Below are positions 1 through 10,964 of a DNA stretch of 64,000 nucleotides, in pieces. The notes beneath the pieces are model-generated. The model searched no databases. It was not told the origin of the DNA and saw nothing but the letters and a program-made list of their open reading frames with translations. The position numbers and the translations under genes were made by a program. The first letter of the stretch is position 1; every line of letters begins with the position of its first letter. The stretch comes from a bacterium (GTDB taxonomy: Bacteria > Patescibacteriota > Patescibacteriia > UBA9570): assembly GCA_030698395.1 (NCBI GenBank), contig JAUYKW010000025.1, positions 68,179 through 132,178 on the forward strand. Direction: 5' to 3'.

Positions 1-1
1 T

Positions 2-1303
2 CCAGGTGATGCCGTAAATGTAAATATTAAAATCACACCAATTTATGAAGAAGAAATAGTTACCACACCCACTACCCCAGTCACCTCAATAGATGAAGAA
101 ACAACCGAAGAAAAAGAGGGTATTAACGAACCTTTAACAGAAGAAGAAATTGTAGAGGCAGAAACGCTTGTTGAGGACTTAAAAGGAAGAATAATATTTC
201 CTGGCGATCTTGATCCTGTTGAGGAAAAGTTAGTAATAGATTATCTAGCAGAAGGTTTAACCTTAGATATAATTGGCGGAGAAAAAAATAACGGATCTCT
301 TATCCTGGAAATACCAGACAATCAAGAATACTTAGAATTAATTGGTAAAGCTGTTCCTGGCAGTACAATCCAACTCTCTACCTGCGGTACAGAATTAACA
401 GCGGGAGAAGTTATCATTGCTGATGCACTTGGAATCTGGAATGCAAAGCTAAACGTGAGCGATTTAGTTAGTGGCAAAAATATCATACTTGCTGAATCCA
501 TTATAAATGGTATATCAAGTGGAAAGAAAATTATCGGTCAATTTATCAACACAAAAACAGCTAAGTTTAAACTCACATTCTGGTTAATTATAGTTAATCT
601 TTTTATCATCCTAGTTATCTCATTAATTGTGAACTACGTAGCTGGTAGAAAAAACGATGATAAAGAAACTATAAAAGAATCTACGAAAAAACAGCCCGTC
701 AAGAAACAAACTAGTCAATCCAGATTATGGATTGTCATTGCTACAATTATCCTTGCCATCCTATTGCTATTAGTTAGCTTGCTTCCAGCAACTGGTGAAA
801 AAGAGATTGAGCTCACCTCTACAGTTAATTTACCAGAATTTGTAATAGATTCTGCTAATGATGAAGGTGTTGATCCAAATAATTCCATTTCTTTAGAAGG
901 AGATAACTTGATCATTAAAGGTAGAGGACTACCAGGAGCAACTGCATCTTTATCAGCCTGCGAAGGAGTAGATAGTTATCTAATTGATATTGATGAGGCA
1001 GGAAATTGGACATTGGAAATTCCAGTATCTGAAATTCCAAATAATGAAGCCAGCTTTTCGTTTAACTTAGTTAATGATGAAGGAGTTAACATCGCACCAG
1101 ATAGTCAAATAATTCAAGTTAAAGTAAGTGAAGCTACGGGAATCTTACCCGATTGGCTAATAATATTATTACTAATAATTTTGATTGTAATAAGCAATGG
1201 ATTGGTTTATATGTATCGCAAGACAAAGAAAGATCCACCGACAAAGAATCAAATCATAAAGAAATCACCAAATAAAAAAGTAGTTTCAAAAAAAACCTAC
1301 TAG
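2..1303 (+). CDS. hypothetical surface/membrane protein, 5' partial (frame open to window edge)
   Basis: Frame of listed ORF 455..1303 stays open back to nt 2; acidic T/E-rich N part; two Cys-containing repeat segments (QLSTCGTEL, SLSACEGVD); hydrophobic TM stretches (FWLIIVNLFIILVISLIV, IVIATIILAILLLLVSLL, C-terminal LIILLLIILIVI). Confidence 0.45.
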   Translation, partial: PGDAVNVNIKITPIYEEEIVTTPTTPVTSIDEETTEEKEGINEPLTEEEIVEAETLVEDLKGRIIFPGDLDPVEEKLVIDYLAEGLTLDIIGGEKNNGSLILEIPDNQEYLELIGKAVPGSTIQLSTCGTELTAGEVIIADALGIWNAKLNVSDLVSGKNIILAESIINGISSGKKIIGQFINTKTAKFKLTFWLIIVNLFIILVISLIVNYVAGRKNDDKETIKESTKKQPVKKQTSQSRLWIVIATIILAILLLLVSLLPATGEKEIELTSTVNLPEFVIDSANDEGVDPNNSISLEGDNLIIKGRGLPGATASLSACEGVDSYLIDIDEAGNWTLEIPVSEIPNNEASFSFNLVNDEGVNIAPDSQIIQVKVSEATGILPDWLIILLLIILIVISNGLVYMYRKTKKDPPTKNQIIKKSPNKKVVSKKTY

Positions 1304-1313
1304 TAAATAATAA

Positions 1314-2513
1314 CTAAATTTCGTCCGCCCCAATATCTGGCCGATTTGTTGTCGGCCTTTTTTCACCATCATAATCTCTCTTTACTGCCTTGAGTTTCTT
1401 TCCCTTTCTTACTACTTTCTTAATCTTCCTATTTAGATGTAAATTCCCTTTCACTGGTTTTTTAAACCAGTCTTTTTTTGCAGATACAAAATTACGACCA
1501 ATTGTTCCAGAACCTCCATCACGTGATGAAATTAATTTATTCGTTAAGTTATTGTGAATTCTCACACCAGACGTACTAGTGAATCGATACTCAATAGCAT
1601 TTACATAATCACCCTGAAAAAATATTGTATTGTTATATACCTTTGCATTGCTAACATTCTCCAGACTAATTCCTACATCATCATTTAAACCTTGGCCATT
1701 ATTAAAAATCATATTATTAGAAATCAGTCCTCCCTGATGACCACGTTTACCTAATCCAAAACCAATTCCTCTATCACAATTAACAATCTTATTGCGCAGT
1801 ACTTTAGTATTTTTTGATTCACTCCAAAAATGAACTGCGTGTTCTGCAAGATATCCATTCTCTGGACTCCGGATATTTTTAAAAGTATTGTCTCTTACTA
1901 TCCAGCTTTCTCCCAAATGAACATCGATACCACCAATATAATATTGCGGTCCGAAATCACTTGTATATTCAAACAGGGAACATTCTACCGATCCATGATC
2001 AGACCCAGTTATATAATCAGATGAGCCTTTTAACATCTGTTCGCCCGTATTGAAAAAATGAACATTATGCACAAACAAATCATCCGCATTTATACTACTT
2101 TCGCCATGTACCTGAATTGCGTGATTAGCTATCTCGCCAATTGTAATGTCAGCAATTGTAACATGATCTCCTGCAACACTAAAGACATGCGATACATTGC
2201 CGGTCATGCCATCACCTTGAATTACTACATTATTTCGTTCGCCAGAAACGCTACGAAATATAACGTTATCAGCAGTAATATACAATTGGCTATTCAAGTT
2301 ATATATACCGTCCTCTAATAATACAGTTGCATCTCTGCCTATTTGGTTAATCTGACTAACAGCATCTTCTAACTCAGTTACATTGCTAACCGTAATCTGT
2401 TGACCACTAATGCCTGTTAGTGGCGCACACCTTTTTTTGATTGCGTCGATTTTTGCGCTAACTAATGCCGGTGTAATTAATAACAAAATTGTAAATATAA
2501 GTATTTTTTTCAT
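1314..2513 (-). CDS. secreted right-handed parallel beta-helix repeat protein
   Basis: N-terminal signal peptide MKKILIFTILLLITPALVSA; repeated short beta-helix-like units (NNMIFNNGQGLNDDVGISLENVSNAKVYNNTIFF, DGMTGNVSHVFSVAGDHVTIADITIG) typical of the pectate-lyase/NosD-like fold. Confidence 0.55.
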   Translation of the reverse strand: MKKILIFTILLLITPALVSAKIDAIKKRCAPLTGISGQQITVSNVTELEDAVSQINQIGRDATVLLEDGIYNLNSQLYITADNVIFRSVSGERNNVVIQGDGMTGNVSHVFSVAGDHVTIADITIGEIANHAIQVHGESSINADDLFVHNVHFFNTGEQMLKGSSDYITGSDHGSVECSLFEYTSDFGPQYYIGGIDVHLGESWIVRDNTFKNIRSPENGYLAEHAVHFWSESKNTKVLRNKIVNCDRGIGFGLGKRGHQGGLISNNMIFNNGQGLNDDVGISLENVSNAKVYNNTIFFQGDYVNAIEYRFTSTSGVRIHNNLTNKLISSRDGGSGTIGRNFVSAKKDWFKKPVKGNLHLNRKIKKVVRKGKKLKAVKRDYDGEKRPTTNRPDIGADEI

Positions 2514-2807
2514 AATACTAGTCTATCATGACAAATTTAATCCGAGAAAAAGTAACTATTTTAAAGAAAAATACATAGTACCATTTTTATTACGAACAAC
2601 TATAATTGGGCAAATGCTATCAAATAGAGCAAAAGTAAACGATAATAAAAAGTGTCTAAAAGTTCGAACTAAACTTGAAAATATGTTTGACACAGTAATT
2701 CTCTTAAATACGTTAAGTTTATCCATAAAATGATCATTTTTATTAAGCCCGTCCATTCTATACTGAAATGTCAATTAAGTTAAGCTTGTTATAACACCTG
2801 TAAACAC

Positions 2808-3095
2808 TTGGCTAAAACTGCACTGTCTAGTAAAATGATATATATGACATTACAAACTGGACCAACCTATATCCAACAATGTCGTCAGATGGGTTTTTCT
2901 GATGATGAAATCAAGGTTGAAATGAAAAAAAATGGCTGGCAAGATGCAGATTTACACGCTGCTTTTGCTCAAGCCGCTGCGCCTACCAACAAAAAGAAAG
3001 GGAAGTCATCTAAACTAGTTATGTGGATTGTTATTGCAATAGTTGCAATTGTCGTGCTTGGTGGTATAGGTTTACTAGCCTTTCTAACCCTATAA
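2808..3095 (+). CDS. hypothetical small protein with C-terminal TM anchor
   Basis: 95-aa ORF, K-rich linker then hydrophobic tail LVMWIVIAIVAIVVLGGIGLLAFLTL; no recognisable family. Confidence 0.3.
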   Translation: MAKTALSSKMIYMTLQTGPTYIQQCRQMGFSDDEIKVEMKKNGWQDADLHAAFAQAAAPTNKKKGKSSKLVMWIVIAIVAIVVLGGIGLLAFLTL

Positions 3096-3180
3096 ATACC
3101 TTTTTTTATAAAACTACCCACTCTTTACATAAATAAGATTGTCCATTATTATATGGAAAGTCATTTATAACTATCACTTA

Positions 3181-3264
3181 GCCGGGATGGCGGAACTGGT
3201 AGACGCAACGGACTTAAAATCCGTCGGTAGCAATACTGTGAGGGTTCGAGTCCCTCTCCCGGCA
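3181..3264 (+). tRNA. tRNA-Leu (anticodon TAA)
   Basis: Acceptor stem GCCGGGA/TCCCGGC, anticodon stem ACGGA/TCCGT with loop CTTAAAA, long variable arm, T-arm GAGGG-TTCGAGT-CCCTC; followed by hairpin AGCGTGGT..ACCACGCT. Confidence 0.85.
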
Positions 3265-3377
3265 CACAGAAAAAAACGGAAACATAGAAAAAGCGTGGTA
3301 ATCCCAACCACGCTTTTATGTATAAATTATAGAACCAATTAGAAATTATACAACTTAGTTGTCCACAATAACAATTT

Positions 3378-4187
3378 CTAAATACGTTTATCTTTTAGAA
3401 CTTTTAATATTTGCTTGTGTATTTTACCATTCGAAGCAATTAAACCGTTGTATGCAATCCTTTTTGGATCTCCCTTGAAGTCAGTAATCATTCCGCCAGC
3501 CTCTTTAACCATCAACATACCAGCAGCCACATCCCAAATACGAACCGGCGGGGTTATAATCATCCCCTCAACACGTCCTGAAGCCACAAAAGCCAGCTCT
3601 AAAGATGATGAACCAAAATGACGCATAGACTGCGCTTCAAACTCAAAATGCTGATAGGCCTTAATGGCTCTTAGCAACGACTTTTTTTCATGAGAATAAG
3701 CAAAACAAAGGAATGATTGATTCAATCTATCTTCATTAGATGTACGCATGCGTACCTCATTTTTTTTCGCTCCTTTTCCAGCTTCTGCAACGAATAATTC
3801 TCGAGTATAAGGAGCATAAATCACCCCTAAAATAGGCTCACCATTTTTTAATAAAGCCATTGTAGTCGTAAAAAAAGTATGACGCATCACAAAGTTTGTT
3901 GTGCCATCCAATGGATCTACTACCCACATGTATTCACTTTTCTGATTATCTGAATCCATACCCTCTTCTTCAGACAATATACTATGCTCCGGATATCTTG
4001 ATTTTATCTTAGAAACTATAAAATCATTAACCTTAAGATCGGTTTTTGTTACAATTTCTCTCTTATCTTTAAACTCAAGTAATTGTCGTTTTCCCTTATA
4101 ACGCAACTCCTCAGGTGCTAAAGCCCTGAACTCTTTCATTAACATATTGCCGGCACGCAATGCGATACCTATTGCGAATTCTTTCAT
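3378..4187 (-). CDS. suhB: inositol monophosphatase family protein (SuhB-like), paralog 1
   Basis: IMPase signature WVVDPLDGTTNF, metal-binding EEEG, C-terminal WDVAAG motif. Confidence 0.8.
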   Translation of the reverse strand: MKEFAIGIALRAGNMLMKEFRALAPEELRYKGKRQLLEFKDKREIVTKTDLKVNDFIVSKIKSRYPEHSILSEEEGMDSDNQKSEYMWVVDPLDGTTNFVMRHTFFTTTMALLKNGEPILGVIYAPYTRELFVAEAGKGAKKNEVRMRTSNEDRLNQSFLCFAYSHEKKSLLRAIKAYQHFEFEAQSMRHFGSSSLELAFVASGRVEGMIITPPVRIWDVAAGMLMVKEAGGMITDFKGDPKRIAYNGLIASNGKIHKQILKVLKDKRI

Positions 4188-4230
4188 AATGAAATTATAA
4201 CACTAAATTACAAAAGGTGATAAATCTTAC

Positions 4231-5070
4231 TTATGATCTTAATTTCTTTAAAATCTTCACATCGTCAGGCCGACCCTCTGGCGGTGTTTCTAAAATAAAA
4301 TCCTGACCTTGTAATTTTGGATGATTTACTAAAAAACCCATACCTTCTTTACCAATATAACCCAACTTAATATGTTCGTGCCTATCCTTCTTACTGTTAA
4401 ACTCAACTTTAGAATCATTTACCTGAATTACTGCTAATTTTTTTAATCCAATATATTTGTCTAGCTGAGCAACTAATCCATCTACATCCTTTGCAGTGCG
4501 CATATCGTATCCAGATGCAAAAGCATGTTGAGTATCTAAACAAAATCCAACCTTTGATTTATTAATTTTAATACCCTTTGTTAATTCTGCGATCTCCTCA
4601 AAAGAACATCCTAAGATTTTTCCACTTCCTGCGGCATTCTCTAATAAAAGTTTGCAATCACCATCATAACCTTCCATAACTTGATTTAAACTTTGAATTG
4701 CAACATTAATAGCTTCTTCACGATCTGGCTGACTAGCAGCGCTTCCAGTATGAAACATAACGCCTGCAACTTTCAATCGTGATCCCCGATCTAGCTCCTG
4801 ACGTAGCATAGTAATCGAAGCGTGTCGGATTCTATTATCTGCTGATGCCAAATTAATCAAATATGGAGCATGAATATAATATTTCTCAAAACTATATTTT
4901 TTACAATTACTTATGAATTTCTCCACCATTTCATCGGTAAGTTCAGGACACTTATAAGTTTGTGGTGGACGTGAAAACATCTGAAAAGTTTCTAACTTTT
5001 CTTCATGCGCATTCAGCGGAGCATTAAATACTCCACCAGAACTAGATACATGTGCGCCAATTTTTATCAT
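4231..5070 (-). CDS. nfo: deoxyribonuclease IV (endonuclease IV, AP endonuclease family 2)
   Basis: Start chosen at MIKIGAHVSSSGG (canonical Nfo N-terminus) inside the longer listed ORF; HAPYLINLAS and TIM-barrel AP-endonuclease motifs. Confidence 0.8.
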   Translation of the reverse strand: MIKIGAHVSSSGGVFNAPLNAHEEKLETFQMFSRPPQTYKCPELTDEMVEKFISNCKKYSFEKYYIHAPYLINLASADNRIRHASITMLRQELDRGSRLKVAGVMFHTGSAASQPDREEAINVAIQSLNQVMEGYDGDCKLLLENAAGSGKILGCSFEEIAELTKGIKINKSKVGFCLDTQHAFASGYDMRTAKDVDGLVAQLDKYIGLKKLAVIQVNDSKVEFNSKKDRHEHIKLGYIGKEGMGFLVNHPKLQGQDFILETPPEGRPDDVKILKKLRS

Positions 5071-5149
5071 AAAAGTATTATAACACAACATTACATGGTA
5101 TAATTTTGTTATCATACGAATCTATTTATTAACCTAAATAATAATCATT

Positions 5150-6073
5150 ATGGCAGGTAAAGTAACAATAATTGGTGCAGGAAATGTTGGAACCGCATGC
5201 GCATACGCGTTAGCAACCGACGGCACTCCAAGTGAAGTAGTTTTATTAGATCGAAATCTTAGTAAAGCTCAAGGAGAAATTATGGACATTGAGCACGGCA
5301 ATGCTTTTCTACCATACACAGAATTTAAGGGGTCAAATAATTATAAAGACGTAGCTGGTTCTGATTTAGTTGTTATCACAGCTGGAGCTCCTCAAAAACC
5401 AGGTGAAACCAGATTAGATTTATTAGCAAAAAATGTCGCAATTTTAAAATCAATTGTTACCGAGGTAAAAAAACACGCACCAAATACCATCTTGCTTGTG
5501 GTAAGTAATCCCGTTGATGTATTAACTTTTTATGCAAAGAAATTTTCTGGATTTCCAAATCATCGTGTAATCGGTTCAGGCACTGTTTTAGATACTGCTC
5601 GATTTCGTTCTTACATTGCAAAAAAATATCATGTAAATGCTCACAATGTTCATGCTTACGTACTAGGTGAACATGGTGATAGCTCATTCCCAGCCATTAG
5701 CACTGCAAATGTTGGACCAGTACCACTCTCCAGTATGCCAGGCTATAAAGAATCCGACATTAAACAAATTCATCAAAAAGTTATAACTGTTGTGTACGAT
5801 ATCATTAAAAAGAAGGGCGCCACAAATTTAGCAATTGCAACCTGCGTCACTCAGTTAGTACGCGCTATCTTAAACGATACTCATGAAATATTTCCAGTAT
5901 CATCCGTATTAAATGGTGAATATGGTGTAAAGGATGTTTCTATTAGTACGCCAACCATATTAGGAAGAAAAGGAATCATTAGGGAATTAGAATTACCAAT
6001 GAATAAAGAAGAAAAAGCGGCATTTAAGAAATCTATCACGGTATTAAAGAAAGCCATCAAATTTGTTAAGTAG
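5150..6073 (+). CDS. ldh: L-lactate dehydrogenase (LDH/MDH family)
   Basis: Rossmann KVTIIGAGNVGTACAYALA, VVSNPVDVLT, and LDH-type catalytic loop LGEHGDS. Confidence 0.75.
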   Translation: MAGKVTIIGAGNVGTACAYALATDGTPSEVVLLDRNLSKAQGEIMDIEHGNAFLPYTEFKGSNNYKDVAGSDLVVITAGAPQKPGETRLDLLAKNVAILKSIVTEVKKHAPNTILLVVSNPVDVLTFYAKKFSGFPNHRVIGSGTVLDTARFRSYIAKKYHVNAHNVHAYVLGEHGDSSFPAISTANVGPVPLSSMPGYKESDIKQIHQKVITVVYDIIKKKGATNLAIATCVTQLVRAILNDTHEIFPVSSVLNGEYGVKDVSISTPTILGRKGIIRELELPMNKEEKAAFKKSITVLKKAIKFVK

Positions 6074-6080
6074 CTATAAT

Positions 6081-6119
6081 AAAAAGTAGGTACATGCCGA
6101 GCAAGTACCTACTTTTTTT
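6081..6119. terminator. bidirectional intrinsic terminator hairpin (AAAAAGTAGGTAC..GTACCTACTTTTTTT)
   Basis: 8-bp GC-containing stem GTAGGTAC/GTACCTAC flanked by A-run and T-run, between convergent ldh and tig; near-identical copy at 15872..15909. Confidence 0.6.
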
Positions 6120-6131
6120 AATACCGTATTT

Positions 6132-7475
6132 TTATTCCGTCTCTTCTTTGGATTCTGCCTTTTTCTCCTCTTTTGAATCCAACTTTGATTTGCTTTTTCC
6201 AGAAGCATAATCCTTCATTCTTTGAACGACCTGCTGATTTTTCAACATAGTTCGCGCATAAGAACGAAATTCAAAACTATCGATTTGAGCTTTTTGTTCA
6301 GGTGCATCTTTATATGCTTCACTATATTTAGCAATCTCTGCATCAATATCGGCTTCTGCTACTTTAATTTCATCTTTTTCACCAACAGCTTTCAATACTA
6401 AAGCCCCTTTAACTCTTTTCTCAGCCTGTTCTTTCCAGCTTTCTAACAACTCCTCTTTGGTTTTTTTGATGTGTTCCAAGTAATCATCAATCTTACCGCC
6501 TTGACCCTGAATATCTTGTTGTAATTCTTCAAACATTCTATCCATTTCACCCTTCACCATTATTTGTGGTATCGGATCAAATTCTGCTTGAGTTATAACT
6601 GCTTCTACTACTGCATTTTCATACTTTTGTTCTGCTTCTTGTTCAATCTCTCGCTGAATATTTCCCCGAACTTGCTCTTCTAGCTCTTTCAACGATTTAA
6701 AATTTAACTTTGTAGCAAACTCATCATTCAACTCTGGCAATATTACTTCATTCACCTCTTTTACCTCTACATCAAAGTCACATTCTTTTCCTGCTAAATG
6801 TTTAGTATTATATTCTTTAGGAAAAGTAAGTTTAAATTGTTTCTTCTCCGTTTTTTTCATACCAACAACATTGTCTTCAAATCCAGGAATAAACTGATTT
6901 TCACCAATTGAAACTGGTACGTCTGTTCCTTGTCCACCCTCAACTGGCACACCCGCAAGACTAACCCTGAAACTAGCAACTACTTGGTCGCCCATTTTGG
7001 CAGCCCTGTCTACAGGCTTTGGTGTCGATTGCATCTTACGCAGATCTTGCAAAGTTCTTTTCATTTTCTCCTCATCAACTTTTACTTCTTCTCTTTTAAC
7101 ATTGATAGATTTATAATCTTTCAAATCAACTTCTGGTACTAAAGCAAATGTAGCTGAATAAGTTAAACCATTTCCTGGAGCAAGTTTTTCTACGCTCACT
7201 TCCGGTTGGCCAATGAACTCTAATTCTTCACGCTTTGCTGCTTTTGGCAAAGAATCTTGTATAGCATCATTTGCTGCTTCTTGATAAATCTCCATTTCAC
7301 CAACCTTTTTTTTCAAAACATCATAAGGTGCTTTCCCGGGTCTGAAGCCATCAATCTTTACATCTTTGGAAATACGCTGAGTAGCCTTATCCAAATATGG
7401 CTTCATCTCCTCTTCCAACAAACTAACTGTTAGTTTTATTGTTGTTTTATTTTCAATTTCTTTTTCAATATTCAT
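6132..7475 (-). CDS. tig: trigger factor
   Basis: N-terminal ribosome-binding region with GFRPGKAPYDVL, FKBP-like middle domain, K/E-rich C-terminus. Confidence 0.9.
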   Translation of the reverse strand: MNIEKEIENKTTIKLTVSLLEEEMKPYLDKATQRISKDVKIDGFRPGKAPYDVLKKKVGEMEIYQEAANDAIQDSLPKAAKREELEFIGQPEVSVEKLAPGNGLTYSATFALVPEVDLKDYKSINVKREEVKVDEEKMKRTLQDLRKMQSTPKPVDRAAKMGDQVVASFRVSLAGVPVEGGQGTDVPVSIGENQFIPGFEDNVVGMKKTEKKQFKLTFPKEYNTKHLAGKECDFDVEVKEVNEVILPELNDEFATKLNFKSLKELEEQVRGNIQREIEQEAEQKYENAVVEAVITQAEFDPIPQIMVKGEMDRMFEELQQDIQGQGGKIDDYLEHIKKTKEELLESWKEQAEKRVKGALVLKAVGEKDEIKVAEADIDAEIAKYSEAYKDAPEQKAQIDSFEFRSYARTMLKNQQVVQRMKDYASGKSKSKLDSKEEKKAESKEETE

Positions 7476-7481
7476 ATCTAC

Positions 7482-9506
7482 TTACGCTAGAAGCGCAACA
7501 ATTAGCAGAGCAACAATATTCAATACCTTAATCATAGGATTGATTGCTGGTCCTGCTGTATCCTTATATGGATCACCAACTGTATCTCCAGTAACAGCAG
7601 CTGCATGTGCATCTGATCCCTTACCACCATGATGTCCGTCCTCGATATATTTTTTAGCGTTGTCCCATGCACCACCACCAGTAGTCATAGCAATCGCCAT
7701 AAATATTCCAGTAACAATTGATCCCATCAAAACTCCACCTAGAGCAACTGGGCCCAAAGCGTACCAAACGATAAACGGTGTTAATACAGGAAACAATACC
7801 GGCAATACCATTTCTTTAATTGCTGCCTTTGTAACGATATCTACACAAACTGCATAATCAGGTTTTCCGGTACCTTCCATGATTCCTGGAATTTCTCTAA
7901 ATTGACGCCGTACTTCTTGTACTACTGCACCAGCTGCTTTTCCAACTGATTGCATACAAAGAGCTGAGAAGAAGTAAGTCACCATTCCACCAATTAACAA
8001 ACCAACGATCACTTTTGGATTCTCTAGTCCAAATGATAATACTTCACCAGTTGCACTAGTGTAATCCTCAGTATATGCCGCAAACAATACTAATGCTGCT
8101 AATCCAGCAGATCCAATTGCATATCCTTTAGTAACTGCTTTAGTAGTATTTCCAACAGCATCAAGTTTATCGGTAATTTCTCTCACATCCTCTGGCAAAT
8201 CAGCCATCTCTGCAATTCCTCCAGCATTATCTGTAATTGGTCCAAATGCATCAATGGTTACAATAATTCCAGCCATAGAAAGCATGGCCATTGCAGCTAT
8301 AGCAATTCCATATAATTCTGCAAAACCGTACGCACCTAAGATTGCCAAAACAATAATTAGCACTGGTGCGGCTGTTGATTTTAATGATACAGCTAATCCT
8401 TGAATTACGTTTGTACCATGTCCAGATTCAGAAGCAGCAGCAATTGATTTAACTGGCTTGTATTGGGTTGAAGTATAGTACTCAGTAATTACTACCAATG
8501 CAGCAGTCACACCCAAACCAATCAATGCAGAAAAATATAATTCATTTACAGTATATAATCCGTTCTCAGCCATTAACCATTTAGTCACGGGATAGAATAA
8601 TACAGCAGAAAGTAAACCAGCAGCGCCTAATCCTTTATACAACGCACCCATAATACTTTCCTTTTTGCCTAGTTTAATAAACCAAGTACCAATAATTGAA
8701 GTTATAATTGCAACAGCACCAATCGCTAACGGATATAGTAATGTACTTTCACGCACAGCATCACTTAATCCCATTTCCTTAGTAAATAATAAGGAAGCCA
8801 ATAACATTGCTGCTACAGAAGTAACTGCGTAAGTTTCGAATAAATCTGCAGCCATTCCTGCATCGTCTCCAACGTTATCTCCAACGTTATCAGCAATTAC
8901 AGCTGGATTTCGTGGATCGTCTTCTGGAATTCCAGCTTCTACCTTACCAACTAAATCTGCTCCAACATCTGCCGCTTTTGTGAAAATTCCTCCACCTACA
9001 CGAGCAAATACTGAAATTAAACTACCTCCAAAACCAAGTCCAATCAAAGCATCAATGTTACCGTCCATTATATAGTAAACTCCAGCCACACCAAGTAATC
9101 CAAGTCCAACTACCAAAATACCAGTAACAGTTCCACCTTGCACAGCTATTCCCATAGCTTTCTTTAATCCAGTTTTGGCTCCTTCTGCGGTTCGTACATT
9201 TGCTCTAACAGCAACGTTCATTCCAACATATCCAGCCAAAGCTGAAAGTACGGCTCCAATAGCAAATCCTATAGCCATTGGCATGTTTCCGAATACAAAC
9301 GCGAAAACTAAAAATAAAATTACCGCAACAACTGCGATTGTTTTATATTGTCGATTTAAATATGCCTTAGCACCATCTTGAATAGCTTTTGCGATTTCTC
9401 GCATTTTTTCGCTACCATCTGGGTTCTTTTTTACACGCGAAGCTAGTACTAGACCATATACAATGGCCACAACTGCCGTTATCAATGCAAATCCTAATGC
9501 TGTCAT
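7482..9506 (-). CDS. hppA: membrane-bound proton-translocating pyrophosphatase (H+-PPase), probably K+-independent type
   Basis: Canonical motifs [20 protein letters not shown], multi-TM; GNTTKA (Lys rather than Ala) suggests K+-independent subfamily. Confidence 0.9.
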   Translation of the reverse strand: MTALGFALITAVVAIVYGLVLASRVKKNPDGSEKMREIAKAIQDGAKAYLNRQYKTIAVVAVILFLVFAFVFGNMPMAIGFAIGAVLSALAGYVGMNVAVRANVRTAEGAKTGLKKAMGIAVQGGTVTGILVVGLGLLGVAGVYYIMDGNIDALIGLGFGGSLISVFARVGGGIFTKAADVGADLVGKVEAGIPEDDPRNPAVIADNVGDNVGDDAGMAADLFETYAVTSVAAMLLASLLFTKEMGLSDAVRESTLLYPLAIGAVAIITSIIGTWFIKLGKKESIMGALYKGLGAAGLLSAVLFYPVTKWLMAENGLYTVNELYFSALIGLGVTAALVVITEYYTSTQYKPVKSIAAASESGHGTNVIQGLAVSLKSTAAPVLIIVLAILGAYGFAELYGIAIAAMAMLSMAGIIVTIDAFGPITDNAGGIAEMADLPEDVREITDKLDAVGNTTKAVTKGYAIGSAGLAALVLFAAYTEDYTSATGEVLSFGLENPKVIVGLLIGGMVTYFFSALCMQSVGKAAGAVVQEVRRQFREIPGIMEGTGKPDYAVCVDIVTKAAIKEMVLPVLFPVLTPFIVWYALGPVALGGVLMGSIVTGIFMAIAMTTGGGAWDNAKKYIEDGHHGGKGSDAHAAAVTGDTVGDPYKDTAGPAINPMIKVLNIVALLIVALLA

Positions 9507-9551
9507 ATATATTTCTTAGTTATTAATCTACTAATGTTCTTTATAAATAAG

Positions 9552-10964
9552 TTATTTTTTTTCTTCGGTTGATTCTTCAACCTCTGTATTTTCTTTTTGT
9601 TCTTCCGTCTTCTCATCAACTTCTTTTGATTCTTCTTCTTTTTCTTCAACATCATCTTTTTCATCTTTCTGTTCTACATCTTTCTCTGTACTTTCATTAT
9701 TATTCTTTTCTTCTGAATCTTTCTTGCTTTCATCTTTTTCCTCATCTCCTGTTGTTTCGTCTTCAGATTTTTCTGAATCTTCTGAATCATCATCACTACC
9801 TTCTGCTTTACGAATATCAATCGACCAACCAGCTAAGCGAGATGCTAGCCGAACATTCTGACCACTCCGGCCAATTGCTAATGAGAATTGATCTTCTTGT
9901 ACCTCTGCCACCGCAGTTTTATCTTCTTCATTTAGCACGACAGACATAATTTTTGCTGGACTCATTGCATTAACAATATATTTTACCGGATCCTCATCAT
10001 ATTCAATAATATCAATTTTCTCGCCACCCAATTCATTAATAACAGTTTGTACTCTAGTACCACGTTGTCCAACACAAGATCCGATTGGATCAATGCTTGG
10101 ATCGGTTGCTGTTACAGAAATTTTTGATCGTGACCCAGCTTCTCTAGATACACCTTTAATTTCAACTGAACCAGCGGCTATCTCTGGAACTTCTGCTGTA
10201 AATAATGCTGATACTAAATTTGGATGTGATCGTGAAGCAACAATTTCTGGACCCTTATTAGTTTTCTCAATTGAAAGCAATAACACCTTAATTCGTTGAG
10301 TAGCTTTATAAACTTCCCCACGAATTTGTTCACCTGGTGGCATTACTGCAATAGCTTGGCCAAGATCTACAAATATTACTCTGCCTTCTACACGCTGTAC
10401 CATGCCATTAATGACTTCTCCAGATCTATCTTTATATAAGTTATACAAAGTTTCACGTTCAGCTTCTCGCAATTTTTGAATAATTACCTGCTTAGCAGTT
10501 TGTGCTGCCATGCGACCATATTCTTCTGGAACCTCCAGCTCATCACGAATCTCATCACCAATTTCAATATCGGCATCTTCTTCCAACGCCTCTTTCAATG
10601 CAATGTCTGTTTTTGGATTAAACTTTTTCTTAACATCTTCCTGCTCTTCTCCATACGCAGGCCTCTTTGACTCTTCGGGTTCTGGCATAACTTCACCCGC
10701 AGCCTCTGCTTTCTCCCGCTCTTCTTTTTCTTTAATATACTCTTTATATAAATCATCTTCAGCAACAGTATAAACTTCAAAAACTCTCATACTGCCATCA
10801 TTCGGATTAAACTCAACTCGAATATCCTTACCCTTTTTAGCCATCTCTTTACGATAAGCTACGGCCAAAGCCGCTTCGATTGATTCAATCACTGATTCAA
10901 ATGGGATGCCCTTTTCTTCGCAAATTTGCTTAATAGCGGCCCCAATTTCTTTCGCATCTGCCAT
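9552..10964 (-). CDS. nusA: transcription termination/antitermination factor NusA with long acidic C-terminal tail
   Basis: S1 and tandem KH domains (IGRSGQNVRLASRLAGWSIDI); about 95-aa D/E/K/S-rich tail and an acidic insertion in the N-terminal domain. Confidence 0.85.
   Translation of the reverse strand: MADAKEIGAAIKQICEEKGIPFESVIESIEAALAVAYRKEMAKKGKDIRVEFNPNDGSMRVFEVYTVAEDDLYKEYIKEKEEREKAEAAGEVMPEPEESKRPAYGEEQEDVKKKFNPKTDIALKEALEEDADIEIGDEIRDELEVPEEYGRMAAQTAKQVIIQKLREAERETLYNLYKDRSGEVINGMVQRVEGRVIFVDLGQAIAVMPPGEQIRGEVYKATQRIKVLLLSIEKTNKGPEIVASRSHPNLVSALFTAEVPEIAAGSVEIKGVSREAGSRSKISVTATDPSIDPIGSCVGQRGTRVQTVINELGGEKIDIIEYDEDPVKYIVNAMSPAKIMSVVLNEEDKTAVAEVQEDQFSLAIGRSGQNVRLASRLAGWSIDIRKAEGSDDDSEDSEKSEDETTGDEEKDESKKDSEEKNNNESTEKDVEQKDEKDDVEEKEEESKEVDEKTEEQKENTEVEESTEEKK

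Noticed and set aside
455-1303. Listed start codon at 455 for the first ORF
   Set aside because: The frame is open all the way to nt 2, so the gene begins upstream of the window; 455 is an internal Met.
7482-9506. Apparent duplication DNVGDNVGD in the H+-PPase
   Set aside because: This doubled motif is the canonical conserved signature of membrane pyrophosphatases, not an insertion.
9569-9949. 126-aa Leu/His-rich ORF and 87-aa Ser-rich ORF (10510..10773) antisense/alternate frame of nusA
   Set aside because: Produced by the repetitive GAA/GAT-rich coding of the NusA acidic tail; low complexity, no start context.
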